DNA from: a bacterium | GTDB taxonomy: Bacteria; Bacteroidota; Ignavibacteria; UBA10030 | Reading direction: 5' to 3' | Assembly (NCBI GenBank): GCA_043803945.1 | Contig: JAZDJN010000027.1 | Location: 1-64,000, forward strand | DNA length: 64,000 nucleotides | Notes under the pieces: model-generated | What the model was told of the DNA's origin: nothing | Seen by the model: only the letters and a program-made list of their open reading frames with translations | Databases searched by the model: none | In this document: positions 38,703 through 48,468 of the stretch, piece after piece | Layout: every line of letters starts with the position of its first letter | Numbering within the stretch: position 1 is the first letter of the stretch | Position numbers and translations under genes: made by a program

Positions 38703-39926
38703 ATGATTCTATGGCATCGACGAGCTCTTACAAAAAGCACGCAATTGGCAAACAATGTACTGCGTCCATTTCAGGAGTTCTTTCGAATTGAATCGAGTGC
38801 CGGGATTCTTCTGTTCATATGCACGGCAGTCGCATTGTTTTGGGCCAACTCACCGTGGAGTACAACCTACAGTTCCTTCTGGCAGTACAGCCCTGCGGTT
38901 GATCTCGGCAGATTCAAGTTCTCGAAATCCCTTGAACACCTTGTGAATGATGGCTTGATGGCCATCTTTTTTCTCGTTGTCGGATTAGAGATCAAACGGG
39001 AATTGTTAGTTGGAGAAATCTCTTCCTTGAAGAAAGCAGCACTGCCCGTGATTGCCGCGATTGGCGGGATGTTAGTACCAGCCTCGCTATTTCTCTCGTT
39101 CAATTCCGGCACTGAAGGTTCGCACGGATGGGGTATCCCCATGGCAACCGATATTGCCTTTGCCATCGGTGTTCTCTCGCTGCTCGGAAACAGAATACCT
39201 CTTGGATTGAAAGTCTTTCTGACAGCCCTGGCGATCATCGACGACCTAGGTGCCGTTCTGGTAATTGCCTTTTTCTACACCAGCGAGATTAATGGCTCGG
39301 CGCTTATTGTAGCAGGAATGATCTTCCTTTTGCTTCTCCTTCTCAATTACAGAGGAATCCGATTGATTTCGATCTATGTGGTACTTGGATTCTTCCTTTG
39401 GATTGCACTCTTAAAATCAGGCGTGCATGCGACGATTGCGGGGGTCCTGCTAGCCGCAACGATTCCGGCCCAGTTCAACCGGTCATTGGATCAGGAGGGA
39501 GAGGGGACCTCGCCGCTCCAAAAACTGGAACACACGCTTCATCCATGGGTAAGCTATTTCATCATGCCGGTCTTTGCTCTTGCCAATGCCGGGATTGTGG
39601 TGAGTGCCGGCTTCTTATCGGCCCTGACACATTCTATTTCAGCGGGAATCATTCTTGGACTGGTCATCGGCAAGCAGGTGGGGATAACACTCTTCGCATG
39701 GTTGGCGGTGCGCTTGAAGCTTGCCTCGCTGCCGGCACATACCCGGTGGATTCAACTCTATGGAGTTGGCTGGCTGGGCGGTATCGGTTTTACAATGTCG
39801 TTGTTCATCGCCACTCTGGCATATGGTGAGTCAGAGATACTGGCAAATGCAAAATTGGCGATACTAATGGGTTCGGTCATTGCTGGATTTGGAGGATGGG
39901 CGCTGCTGCGCTCTGTACGATCATAA
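38703..39926 (+). CDS. nhaA: Na+/H+ antiporter NhaA
   Basis: NDGLMAIFFLVVGLEIKRE, GWGIPMATDIAF, LAIIDDLGA, SGVHAT, GIGFTMSLF. Confidence 0.97.
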   Translation: MILWHRRALTKSTQLANNVLRPFQEFFRIESSAGILLFICTAVALFWANSPWSTTYSSFWQYSPAVDLGRFKFSKSLEHLVNDGLMAIFFLVVGLEIKRELLVGEISSLKKAALPVIAAIGGMLVPASLFLSFNSGTEGSHGWGIPMATDIAFAIGVLSLLGNRIPLGLKVFLTALAIIDDLGAVLVIAFFYTSEINGSALIVAGMIFLLLLLLNYRGIRLISIYVVLGFFLWIALLKSGVHATIAGVLLAATIPAQFNRSLDQEGEGTSPLQKLEHTLHPWVSYFIMPVFALANAGIVVSAGFLSALTHSISAGIILGLVIGKQVGITLFAWLAVRLKLASLPAHTRWIQLYGVGWLGGIGFTMSLFIATLAYGESEILANAKLAILMGSVIAGFGGWALLRSVRS

Positions 39927-39978
39927 TAATATTTCAACTTACAACGATTTTTTACTTCGAAAATAGAAGGGTTGGCAT

Positions 39979-40188
39979 ATGAAAAAGAATTTTCAATTGA
40001 TAGACATTGTCTTCAGTCTCATAGTTTCTTTCGTTGTGAGCCTCATTCTCTGCGTTGTTTATAGTTTACAAACTGATGAGTATGTCCATATTCATTGGGA
40101 GCTCTGTGCAGTTCTTGCGTTGCTCATCGGAGTTGGAATTCTTTGGAATCAACGGCGCGACAGAAAAGCCCAGGTGAAAAAGCAATAA
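39979..40188 (+). CDS. Small two-TM membrane protein
   Basis: 69 aa, two hydrophobic segments, co-oriented in the cluster. Confidence 0.55.
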   Translation: MKKNFQLIDIVFSLIVSFVVSLILCVVYSLQTDEYVHIHWELCAVLALLIGVGILWNQRRDRKAQVKKQ

Positions 40189-40292
40189 CCATGTGCAGTA
40201 GTTAGAAAGATCGTTTCATAACGAGGCTCGAACAACCAAGCATTTTATCCTGTGCTTACAGGCAATCAACATTTAAGCGAGATGAGGTATCT

Positions 40293-40964
40293 ATGCCTAG
40301 TCAAATAGAAGCAACCATCAATTCCCTAAAATCTCTTTGGGAACAACTCCTCCAATTCTTACCTCAATTGCTTATCAGTCTTGGCATTATGGCAGTCGGA
40401 TGGTTCATTGCATTATTGATACGGAAGGGAGTTATTGTCCTCCTTAAACTCCTCCGAGTCGATAAAATGGCAGAAAAAGCTGGGCTCGAAGGTATTCTCT
40501 TAAAAGGTGGTGCTCAGTATTCGACAGTGAATATCCTGGCAAATCTTTTCTATTGGTTCCTGATGTTGGGGCTAACACTCTCCGTCCTTCATAGCCTCGG
40601 ATTAGACACGGCAAAGGAAGTGTTCAATCGGATTATTCTCTACATCCCGAATGTCATTGCAGCTCTCTTTATACTTGTTTTTGGAATGTTTCTGGCAAAA
40701 CTCTTACGGGGAGCACTGCTCACATACCTTACGAATGTCAGAATTTCAGGTGCAGACTTTGTGAGCACGGTAACGTATTGGGCGATCGTTTTTCTTGTCT
40801 TATCAAGCATGCTTCAACAACTGTCGCTCGGTGGACAATTGTTGATCTCGGCGTTCGAAATAGCCTTCGCAGGATTGTGTCTCGCACTCGCCATAGCCTT
40901 TGGCCTGGCAGGAAAAGAGTGGGCTACTCAAATTCTGGAGAAACTCTGGAGAAGCAGTCGTTGA
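40293..40964 (+). CDS. Mechanosensitive-channel TM-helix repeat protein (CmpX-like)
   Basis: FLPQLL..GWFIA, YIPNVIAA, ALAIAFGLAG. Confidence 0.85.
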   Translation: MPSQIEATINSLKSLWEQLLQFLPQLLISLGIMAVGWFIALLIRKGVIVLLKLLRVDKMAEKAGLEGILLKGGAQYSTVNILANLFYWFLMLGLTLSVLHSLGLDTAKEVFNRIILYIPNVIAALFILVFGMFLAKLLRGALLTYLTNVRISGADFVSTVTYWAIVFLVLSSMLQQLSLGGQLLISAFEIAFAGLCLALAIAFGLAGKEWATQILEKLWRSSR

Positions 40965-41019
40965 TGATACTCAATTATCATTGCGGGAGTGTCTAATTAT
41001 ACGATAGGATGGTGTAATT

Positions 41020-43287
41020 ATGAAGATTACCGTTCGTCTTATTATATCGCTTTTCATAGCGGCCGCCTTTGTTGCTGCTGTGTTTTCCTACCTTCAGGTT
41101 CAGAATGAACGAGATCTCCTTGTTCAAGACCTAACGAGCCGGGCGCGTGTCCTTGGTGAAAGTATGGAGGAAACCATCAAGGAATACATTCAAGCGAATG
41201 CAATGGCAAAACTTAAAAGCACGATATATCGATTCGGCAGAAGGACAAAACTCCTTGGAATTGCAGTTTATGATAATCAAGGGGCGGGTATTGCTTTCAG
41301 TCCAGCGCTGGATTCTACATTCTCGACAACTCCCCCGGAAGTCTGGGAATCAATCACAAGCCTAAAAGCTGTCAGTGGAATGAAGGAGGTGAGCGGTAAT
41401 ACTGTCCATTTATATGTTCATCCCCTGATGGCTGACTCGTCGATTGTTGGAGCGTTACTGTTCTACCATGATGTTTCCTTTATTGATGCAAAGCTCCAGG
41501 GGATCTGGCAGACAAACTTTATTCGTCTGCTTACGCATTTTTTCCTAATTATCGTGACGACCATTCTTGTCGTACGATGGAGTATCAAAGGCCCCATTGC
41601 ACAAATTGCCCATTGGATGCGCGGTTTACGAACGGGAAAATCTTATCAAACAATCCCAATTCCACGGGGTGATCTTCTTGAACCGTTAGCCAATGAAGTC
41701 TCACTGCTTGCAAAAAGCCTCACACAAGCACGAACCGCTGCTCAGGAAGAGGCACGTCTGCGTATAGAAGCCGAGTCACTTTGGACCTCAGAACGGCTAA
41801 AGGAACATGTCAAAATTGAGTTAAACGGGAAAAATCTTTTCGTTATCTCCAACCGCGAGCCCTATATGCATATGATAATGGGAGGAACGATTCAGTGTAT
41901 CGTTCCGGCGGGCGGATTAGTCACTGCCCTTGATCCGATTCTGCGTGCGTGCGGGGGTATATGGATTGCCCATGGGAGTGGCACTGCTGACAGAGAGACT
42001 GTTGATATGCAGGATCGCGTTCAGGTTCCACCAGAGGATCCGACATATTCATTGCGACGAGTCTTTCTCACCAAAGAGGAGGAAGAGGGATACTATTACG
42101 GGTTCTCCAACGAAGGGATATGGCCGCTCTGTCATATTACACACACTCGTCCCACATTTAAATTACAAGATTGGGTTCATTATCAAAATGTCAATGAGCA
42201 ATTTGCAAAAGCGTTGTTAGAAGAAATCCGAAATGAAGAATCTCCCCTGATTTTGATTCAGGATTATCATTTTGCTCTCCTTCCATTATTGATTAAATCC
42301 AAACGCCCGGATGCGAGGGTGGCGATCTTCTGGCATATTCCCTGGCCCAATCCCGAAGTGTTCGGCATTTGTCCCTGGAAACAGGAATTGCTGCTTGGTT
42401 TACTCGGCGCGGATCTTATCGGGTTTCATATCCAATTTCACTGCAACAATTTCCTTGAGACAGTGGATCGTTACTTAGAATCAAAAATCAACTGGGATCA
42501 ATTTTCCGTTGAGCGGCATGGACAACTCACCTCTGTGCGTCCATTTCCTATCAGTGTCGCTCATCCGTATGAGTCTGAAATCAGCACTCAACGGCCAGTC
42601 TCTATCGCTACCAAAGAGTCCTTACTCAAAAAATCTGGAGTTGTTGCTCCCTTCATGGCGTTGGGCGTCGATCGGATAGACTATACAAAGGGAATCGTTG
42701 AACGATTCCAGGCAGTGCGGCGATTCCTGGAAAAATATCCAGAATATGTTGGGAAGTTTACATTCGTTGAACTCGGAGCACCGAGCCGTACGCATATCAA
42801 ACGCTACCACGACCTGATCGCTGAATTGGATGAAACAGTCGATCGCATTAATTGGTCGTTTCAAGCTAAAAATTGGAAACCGATCGTTTTTCTCAAAGCC
42901 CACCATGATCACAAAACCATCGGCGATTATTATCGGGTTGCCGATGTGTGCATGGTCACTTCTCTTCATGACGGGATGAATCTCGTTGCCAAAGAATTTA
43001 TTGCAACACGCACCGATGACGATGGTGTTCTCATTCTCAGTCAATTTGCAGGGGCGGCACGGGAGCTACCCGATGCACTCATCGTTAATCCGTACGATAT
43101 TGAAGAAATGGCTGAAGCGCTTCATCTGGCATTGACGATGGAGAAAAAAGAACAACGTGAACGAATGCAAGAGATGCGAACGGTGGTGAAAGAAAGAAAT
43201 GTTTACCGGTGGGCAGCGAACATTATAACAACCCTCACGCACTTGCGGATGCCCAAGCAACCTGCAGCGATGGAGTCACAACAGTGA
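41020..43287 (+). CDS. otsA: Trehalose-6-phosphate synthase (GT20) with N-terminal TM-sensor-TM-HAMP module
   Basis: SNREP, AGGLVTA, QDYHF, FWHIPWP, GVDRIDYTKG, DGMNLVAKE; about 265-aa receptor-like N-terminus. Confidence 0.92.
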   Translation: MKITVRLIISLFIAAAFVAAVFSYLQVQNERDLLVQDLTSRARVLGESMEETIKEYIQANAMAKLKSTIYRFGRRTKLLGIAVYDNQGAGIAFSPALDSTFSTTPPEVWESITSLKAVSGMKEVSGNTVHLYVHPLMADSSIVGALLFYHDVSFIDAKLQGIWQTNFIRLLTHFFLIIVTTILVVRWSIKGPIAQIAHWMRGLRTGKSYQTIPIPRGDLLEPLANEVSLLAKSLTQARTAAQEEARLRIEAESLWTSERLKEHVKIELNGKNLFVISNREPYMHMIMGGTIQCIVPAGGLVTALDPILRACGGIWIAHGSGTADRETVDMQDRVQVPPEDPTYSLRRVFLTKEEEEGYYYGFSNEGIWPLCHITHTRPTFKLQDWVHYQNVNEQFAKALLEEIRNEESPLILIQDYHFALLPLLIKSKRPDARVAIFWHIPWPNPEVFGICPWKQELLLGLLGADLIGFHIQFHCNNFLETVDRYLESKINWDQFSVERHGQLTSVRPFPISVAHPYESEISTQRPVSIATKESLLKKSGVVAPFMALGVDRIDYTKGIVERFQAVRRFLEKYPEYVGKFTFVELGAPSRTHIKRYHDLIAELDETVDRINWSFQAKNWKPIVFLKAHHDHKTIGDYYRVADVCMVTSLHDGMNLVAKEFIATRTDDDGVLILSQFAGAARELPDALIVNPYDIEEMAEALHLALTMEKKEQRERMQEMRTVVKERNVYRWAANIITTLTHLRMPKQPAAMESQQ

Positions 43288-44123
43288 AGAATCCGGTCTA
43301 TCTATTTTCAGGACGACGAGAATCATGGGACGCGATCGCCCGGAAATTACGCGCTGCTTCCGGCATAGCTCTATTTCTTGATTACGATGGAACATTGACC
43401 CCGATCCGGCGGACGCCATCAGCGGCAGTTCTTACACCGGACGTAAAGAACATTTTACAGCAGTTGGCACAACTTCCGGATGTGTGCGTCGCTATCGTCA
43501 CCGGCAGGTCAATGAGGGATATCCAGAAACTCGTTCGTGTAGATACCCTCGGATTTGCCGCAAATCATGGTTTCCATATGGATATCAATGGAATTGACTG
43601 GATTCATCCTCAAGCTGTATCTCAGAAGAAAGTACTGTCACGACTTCACTCGATTCTTTGCAACGCACTTGCAGCATTTCCTGAACTCTATATTGAGAAC
43701 AAACAATTCACATTAAGTATTCATTATAGGAATGTTGCTGCACATCATGTCCGTTCCCTCAAAGCACTGGTTTCGAAAACCGTACACTCATTTAATCCGA
43801 CACTACAAATAACTCGCGGAAAGAAAATATTGGAAGTAAGACCTCAAATACCATGGGGAAAGGGAGATGCTGTTTTAGCAATGTTAAATTTGAGTAAGAC
43901 TTCTCAACGCCGGATCCCGCTGTTTATCGGCGATGATACAACAGATGAGGATGTCTTTCGAGCCTTGCGTTCGAAAGGGATAACGATACGGGTGGGAAGG
44001 GCGCGATCTACAAATGCGCAATACTATGTGAAGAGCGTCAAGGAAGTTCACGATATACTTCGATTGATCATCTCTCTCAGAGAGAATCGTTCTATCCGCA
44101 CTCGTTCACGTCAGAAGAAATAA
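43284..44123 (+). CDS. otsB: Trehalose-6-phosphate phosphatase
   Basis: FLDYDGTLTPI, VTGR, LSIHYR, LEVRP, GDDTTDED; GTGA overlap with the otsA stop. Confidence 0.93.
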   Translation: MKNPVYLFSGRRESWDAIARKLRAASGIALFLDYDGTLTPIRRTPSAAVLTPDVKNILQQLAQLPDVCVAIVTGRSMRDIQKLVRVDTLGFAANHGFHMDINGIDWIHPQAVSQKKVLSRLHSILCNALAAFPELYIENKQFTLSIHYRNVAAHHVRSLKALVSKTVHSFNPTLQITRGKKILEVRPQIPWGKGDAVLAMLNLSKTSQRRIPLFIGDDTTDEDVFRALRSKGITIRVGRARSTNAQYYVKSVKEVHDILRLIISLRENRSIRTRSRQKK

Positions 44124-44138
44124 GGAAGGAACATCAGC

Positions 44139-45347
44139 ATGCATGCATTAGAAGAATACCGGGACATTGTCGGTGATGATGTTATCGCAGAAATCTATCG
44201 TTTAGCTCGTCCGCTATATGGTAAGAAAATCCTTCATATCAATTCCACCTACTATGGAGGCGGTGTTGCAGAGATCCTCTATTCACTTGTGCCACTTCTG
44301 AATGCCGCCGGTCTTGATGCCGACTGGAGAATGTTGCGAGGTACTCCGGAATTTTTCAACGTCACAAAGAAATTCCACAACGCTATTCAGGGTGAATCGA
44401 TCCGAATGACCGACATCAAGGCAGCGCTCTATTCCGAGAATAATCAGGACTTTGCATCGTATTGCAAGATCGATGCCGATTGTGTGATCATTCATGATCC
44501 TCAACCATTACCACTGATCCGTTTTTATAAGAAACGCCAACCCTGGCTCTGGAGGTGTCACGTTGATCTCTCGCATCCAAACCAAGATCTCTGGCACTTT
44601 CTCAAAGGGTATATCCTTGCCTATGATGGTATCATTGTCTCCGATGAACAGTATGTTCAAAAAGATCTTCCGATGAACTATACTATCATCGATCCTGCTA
44701 TTGATCCACTCTCCTCGAAGAATAGAGTTATCCCGGAGGACCTAATAGAACGGACGCTTCAGAAGTATGATGTCCCCACTGATAAACCATTTATTACTCA
44801 AATATCAAGATTTGACAAGTGGAAAGATCCTGAAAATGTTATTGAAGTATATAAACTTGTGCGGAAGGAATGCGATTGTCGGTTAATACTGTGTGGAAGC
44901 ATGGCAACGGATGATCCGGAAGGCTGGGAATATTTCGAGCGAACGAGGAAGGCAGCAGGATCGTACCTTGATAATAAGGATATCATATTGATTACAGTAG
45001 AGGACAATATTTTGGTCAATGCACTCCAGAGTAAGTCGACCATCATTCTTCAAAAATCGATACGGGAAGGATTCGGGCTCACGGTCACTGAAGCGCTCTG
45101 GAAGGGCAAGCCAGTAGTTGCATCGAATGTTGGCGGTATTCCCCGGCAGTTGATTGATAATAAAACGGGATTTCTCGTGGAGCCGCTAGATATCCAGGGT
45201 TGTGCCGATATCGTGAGTACGATTCTAAAGAATCCAAAGTTGGGTCAGGCACTTGGTGTGAATGGTAAAGAACACGTTCGAAAAAACTTTCTCATCACCC
45301 GGCATGTGATTGATGATCTAAAGCTGCTCAATAAAATATTGAGTTGA
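44139..45347 (+). CDS. treT: Trehalose glycosyltransferring synthase TreT (GT4)
   Basis: HINSTYYGGGVAEIL, IHDPQP, WRCHVD, SRFDKWKDP, EGFGLTVTEA. Confidence 0.9.
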   Translation: MHALEEYRDIVGDDVIAEIYRLARPLYGKKILHINSTYYGGGVAEILYSLVPLLNAAGLDADWRMLRGTPEFFNVTKKFHNAIQGESIRMTDIKAALYSENNQDFASYCKIDADCVIIHDPQPLPLIRFYKKRQPWLWRCHVDLSHPNQDLWHFLKGYILAYDGIIVSDEQYVQKDLPMNYTIIDPAIDPLSSKNRVIPEDLIERTLQKYDVPTDKPFITQISRFDKWKDPENVIEVYKLVRKECDCRLILCGSMATDDPEGWEYFERTRKAAGSYLDNKDIILITVEDNILVNALQSKSTIILQKSIREGFGLTVTEALWKGKPVVASNVGGIPRQLIDNKTGFLVEPLDIQGCADIVSTILKNPKLGQALGVNGKEHVRKNFLITRHVIDDLKLLNKILS

Positions 45348-45365
45348 GATTGACTGTGGTGGACC

Positions 45366-45896
45366 ATGAATTATTTTGAACGTTTTTACAAACACAAGAA
45401 ATTTTTTGATTTCCTGGACGAGCTAAAGATAAAGCAGCGGCACTGGATTATCTTATCGATTCTCGTTGCAAGCGCCGATTTCCTGAGTGGCAACAAGATC
45501 CAATTTTCTATCCTCTACCTCTTGCCCATTGCTTTGGCTGCCTGGTTTGGTGAACGTCGTGAAGCATTGATTCTTGCTTTGCTACTTCCCTGTTCTCGAT
45601 TGATCTTCCGAGCACAATGGGATATGCCATGGTTCGTTCTCGATTCAATGATAAATCTTCTCATTCGCATTCTTGTCTTTATCATTATTGCATATTTAAT
45701 TTCTTTCATAAAAGAGCTACACGTGTTGAGGGGATTATTGCACATCTGTTCGTATTGCAATCGGATCAAAAATGAAGATGGAACCTGGATCTCCGTGCAG
45801 GAGTATATCGTTGATCATTCAGAAGCTCTCTTGAGTCATGGCATATGTCTTGAGTGTGGTTCAAAACATTTCAGTCGACTGTTTCCGAACAAATGA
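45366..45896 (+). CDS. Membrane protein with DUF4118-like TM bundle and C-terminal Cys/His zinc-ribbon domain
   Basis: YLLPIALAAW; LRGLLHICSYCNRIK..W..SHGICLEC. Confidence 0.75.
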   Translation: MNYFERFYKHKKFFDFLDELKIKQRHWIILSILVASADFLSGNKIQFSILYLLPIALAAWFGERREALILALLLPCSRLIFRAQWDMPWFVLDSMINLLIRILVFIIIAYLISFIKELHVLRGLLHICSYCNRIKNEDGTWISVQEYIVDHSEALLSHGICLECGSKHFSRLFPNK

Positions 45897-46072
45897 GATA
45901 CTTTTTCGACATGAGTGATTTGACCAATAAGGATTGAGCATATAGTTAACATTACTTGATAAATGCTGAATTTCTTGATCTCAAAAACTAGGTACTATTC
46001 TCCGGTTTGCAGATGTAATGATTCCTTCTCATATTCAATTCACGATCACTAATTCCAGTAAAAGTTGGAACA

Positions 46073-48067
46073 TTGATGCCAGTGGGATCAAAACGATTTC
46101 AACTCCCAAAATTATTAATGCGCCTCACTGCGCCTCCCAGAAACGCGGTAGAGAAGTGGTTTTATCATGGAGGAAAAGTTGATGCAAAATCCCGAAAGAG
46201 CGAAACGCATCCTTGGTACAGAGTACTCTGGCTCACCGGTGTTGATTATTTTTCTACGTTAGGATACCAACCGGGAATTGCCCTCCTTGCTGCAGGAGCT
46301 CTTTCTCCTTTGGCAACGGCTCTTTTAGTAATTGTCACCTTGTTTGGTGCGTTGCCAGCCTATCTGCAGGTAGCACAACGTTCGTATGCCGGTCAGGGAT
46401 CCATCGCGATGCTGGAGAATCTGCTTCATGGATGGAAGGGTAAAATCTTCGTTCTGATTCTCCTGGGATTTGCCAGTACAGATTTCGTTATTACGATCAC
46501 ACTCTCTTCTGCTGATGCAGTCCAGCATCTCCTCGAGAATCCACTTATCGGTCCCTTCTTTGGCGATGCACGCCTGACATTAACAAATATCATGCTGGCA
46601 ATCCTTGCCGGTGTATTCTTAATGGGCTTTACTGAGGCAATCAGAATTGCTGTTTTTGTTACAATACCATACCTGGCATTAAATGCCATTGTCATACTCC
46701 GGTGCATCGTTGAGATCATCCAGCGACCGGAACTATTCACCAATTGGTCAGCAATGCTCTCGCTTCACGGTGATCCAATCATGATCGTTCTGGTCTGTGC
46801 CTTGATTTTTCCGAAGCTCGCTTTGGGACTTAGCGGTTTTGAAACCGGTGTCGCAGTTATGCCGCTCGTATCCTCAGGAGGGGGTGTCTCCCGGGGTCAG
46901 ATACCATTCGTCAGAATCGCTGCAACAAAAAAGCTACTTACCACGGCCGCTCTGATCATGAGCGTATTTCTTATCTCTTCAAGTTTTGTAACGACCCTGC
47001 TTATTTCGGAAAAAGAATTCGCCCTCGGAGGAATAGCAAGTGGAAGGGCATTGGCATTTCTGAGTCATACCTATCTTGGACATACTTTTGGAACGTTGTA
47101 CGATATTTCCACGATCGCGATTCTCTGGTTTGCGGGTGCCTCAGCAATGGCGGGCTTACTCAACGTGATTCCCCGATATCTGCCGCGGTTTGGTATGGCG
47201 CCGCGATGGGTAGCCTACACCCGGCCCCTGGTTATTGTGATCTTTATTGTAAGCCTTATCGTGACAAAAATCTTCAATGCGAGTGTCGAAGCTCAAGGTG
47301 GAGCATATGCCACTGGAGTTCTTGTTCTGATGCTTTCTGCAGCGGTCGCCGTTGCTCTCGAGCTGAAGCGTGAAGCGATGGATAAAGCAGAGTATCTTCT
47401 GGGAAGAATTAAAAAAGTTCTCTTAAGCGGATATTTTTGGGTTATTACGTTGATTTTCACATTCACACTTATTGATAATATTTTCGTTCGCCCGGATGGA
47501 GTGATCATTGCAAGCCTGTTTATTATTTCGATTATTGCACTGGGTGCATTGAGCCGCTACATCCGACAGACAGAATTACGCGTGGAAAGTATGTCGCTTG
47601 TGGATGAGGAGTCACTAGCCTTGTGGCAAAAAATTAAAGGGAAGAAGGTTAATCTTGCACCGTTAAAAGATGAGAATCAGGACTCTATAGTCAAAAAGCA
47701 GAGTGAAATTAGCAGACATTACAAAGTTCAGGGTCCGATAGCATTCGTTCATGTCCATCTTCTCGATAACCGCAGCGAATTTCTGACTCCGTTGCAATTG
47801 AAAATTCGTAGGCGAGGAAAACATTACATGATTAATATCTTTGGCGCTGTAGCTGTCGCGAATAGTCTCGCCTATCTGAGCGAACAGATGGATCCAAAAA
47901 CCATCTTCATTGGTCTCACAGGGCAGAACCTCATGACTCAATCACTAAACTATTTTATTTGGGGAGAAGGCGAGGTGGGACTTTCGGTGTACACCATTCT
48001 TGTTCGATATTGGGAATGGATCGGTGAAGAAAATGAACGGCCGCTAATTTTCTTAATGAGTGAATGA
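46073..48067 (+). CDS. APC-superfamily transporter with C-terminal cytoplasmic domain
   Basis: GVDYFSTLGYQPG, LGLSGFETG, QGGAYATGV; about 12 TM helices. Confidence 0.8.
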   Translation: MMPVGSKRFQLPKLLMRLTAPPRNAVEKWFYHGGKVDAKSRKSETHPWYRVLWLTGVDYFSTLGYQPGIALLAAGALSPLATALLVIVTLFGALPAYLQVAQRSYAGQGSIAMLENLLHGWKGKIFVLILLGFASTDFVITITLSSADAVQHLLENPLIGPFFGDARLTLTNIMLAILAGVFLMGFTEAIRIAVFVTIPYLALNAIVILRCIVEIIQRPELFTNWSAMLSLHGDPIMIVLVCALIFPKLALGLSGFETGVAVMPLVSSGGGVSRGQIPFVRIAATKKLLTTAALIMSVFLISSSFVTTLLISEKEFALGGIASGRALAFLSHTYLGHTFGTLYDISTIAILWFAGASAMAGLLNVIPRYLPRFGMAPRWVAYTRPLVIVIFIVSLIVTKIFNASVEAQGGAYATGVLVLMLSAAVAVALELKREAMDKAEYLLGRIKKVLLSGYFWVITLIFTFTLIDNIFVRPDGVIIASLFIISIIALGALSRYIRQTELRVESMSLVDEESLALWQKIKGKKVNLAPLKDENQDSIVKKQSEISRHYKVQGPIAFVHVHLLDNRSEFLTPLQLKIRRRGKHYMINIFGAVAVANSLAYLSEQMDPKTIFIGLTGQNLMTQSLNYFIWGEGEVGLSVYTILVRYWEWIGEENERPLIFLMSE

Positions 48068-48081
48068 AAAGGATGTGAGAC

Positions 48082-48216
48082 ATGCATGATATAGCACCAA
48101 TAATTCTTTTTGTCGGCTGCCTGGTGTTTCTTGCACATTTTTTTGTCCTTGCGTTTGAACGAACCCGTGTGCCCGACGTGCTATAACTTATCATGATTGG
48201 CCTATTTATAGTATAG
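48082..48216 (+). pseudogene. Remnant N-terminus of a cation:proton antiporter (CPA1/NhaP-like)
   Basis: MHDIAPIILFVGCLVFLAHFFVLAFERTRVPDVL*LIMIGLFIV*, with an in-frame stop and then truncation. Confidence 0.6.
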
Positions 48217-48468
48217 TGGGGATGCGGATGATTGTCGGATAACGAAGCGGTTCAACCGTGAACCTGCTGCATTACTGTTTCGATATGGGTTTCGCTGCGC
48301 ACTGAGCAAATAGAAGGTAAACAATTAAAAATTCTCCAATTAGCTTGGTAGAGGCATAGGAATATCATTTATGCCACATGACCATCGAGCTAATTCAATT
48401 GTCCATCGACTCTTCTTTAATATTTTACTAACTTTGCTTTGGAAAAGAAGCATAGAATCGGGTGTGAA

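Noticed and set aside
45955-46072. c-di-AMP (ydaO) riboswitch before the APC transporter, prompted by GCTGAAT
   Set aside because: None of the other conserved elements or stems are present.
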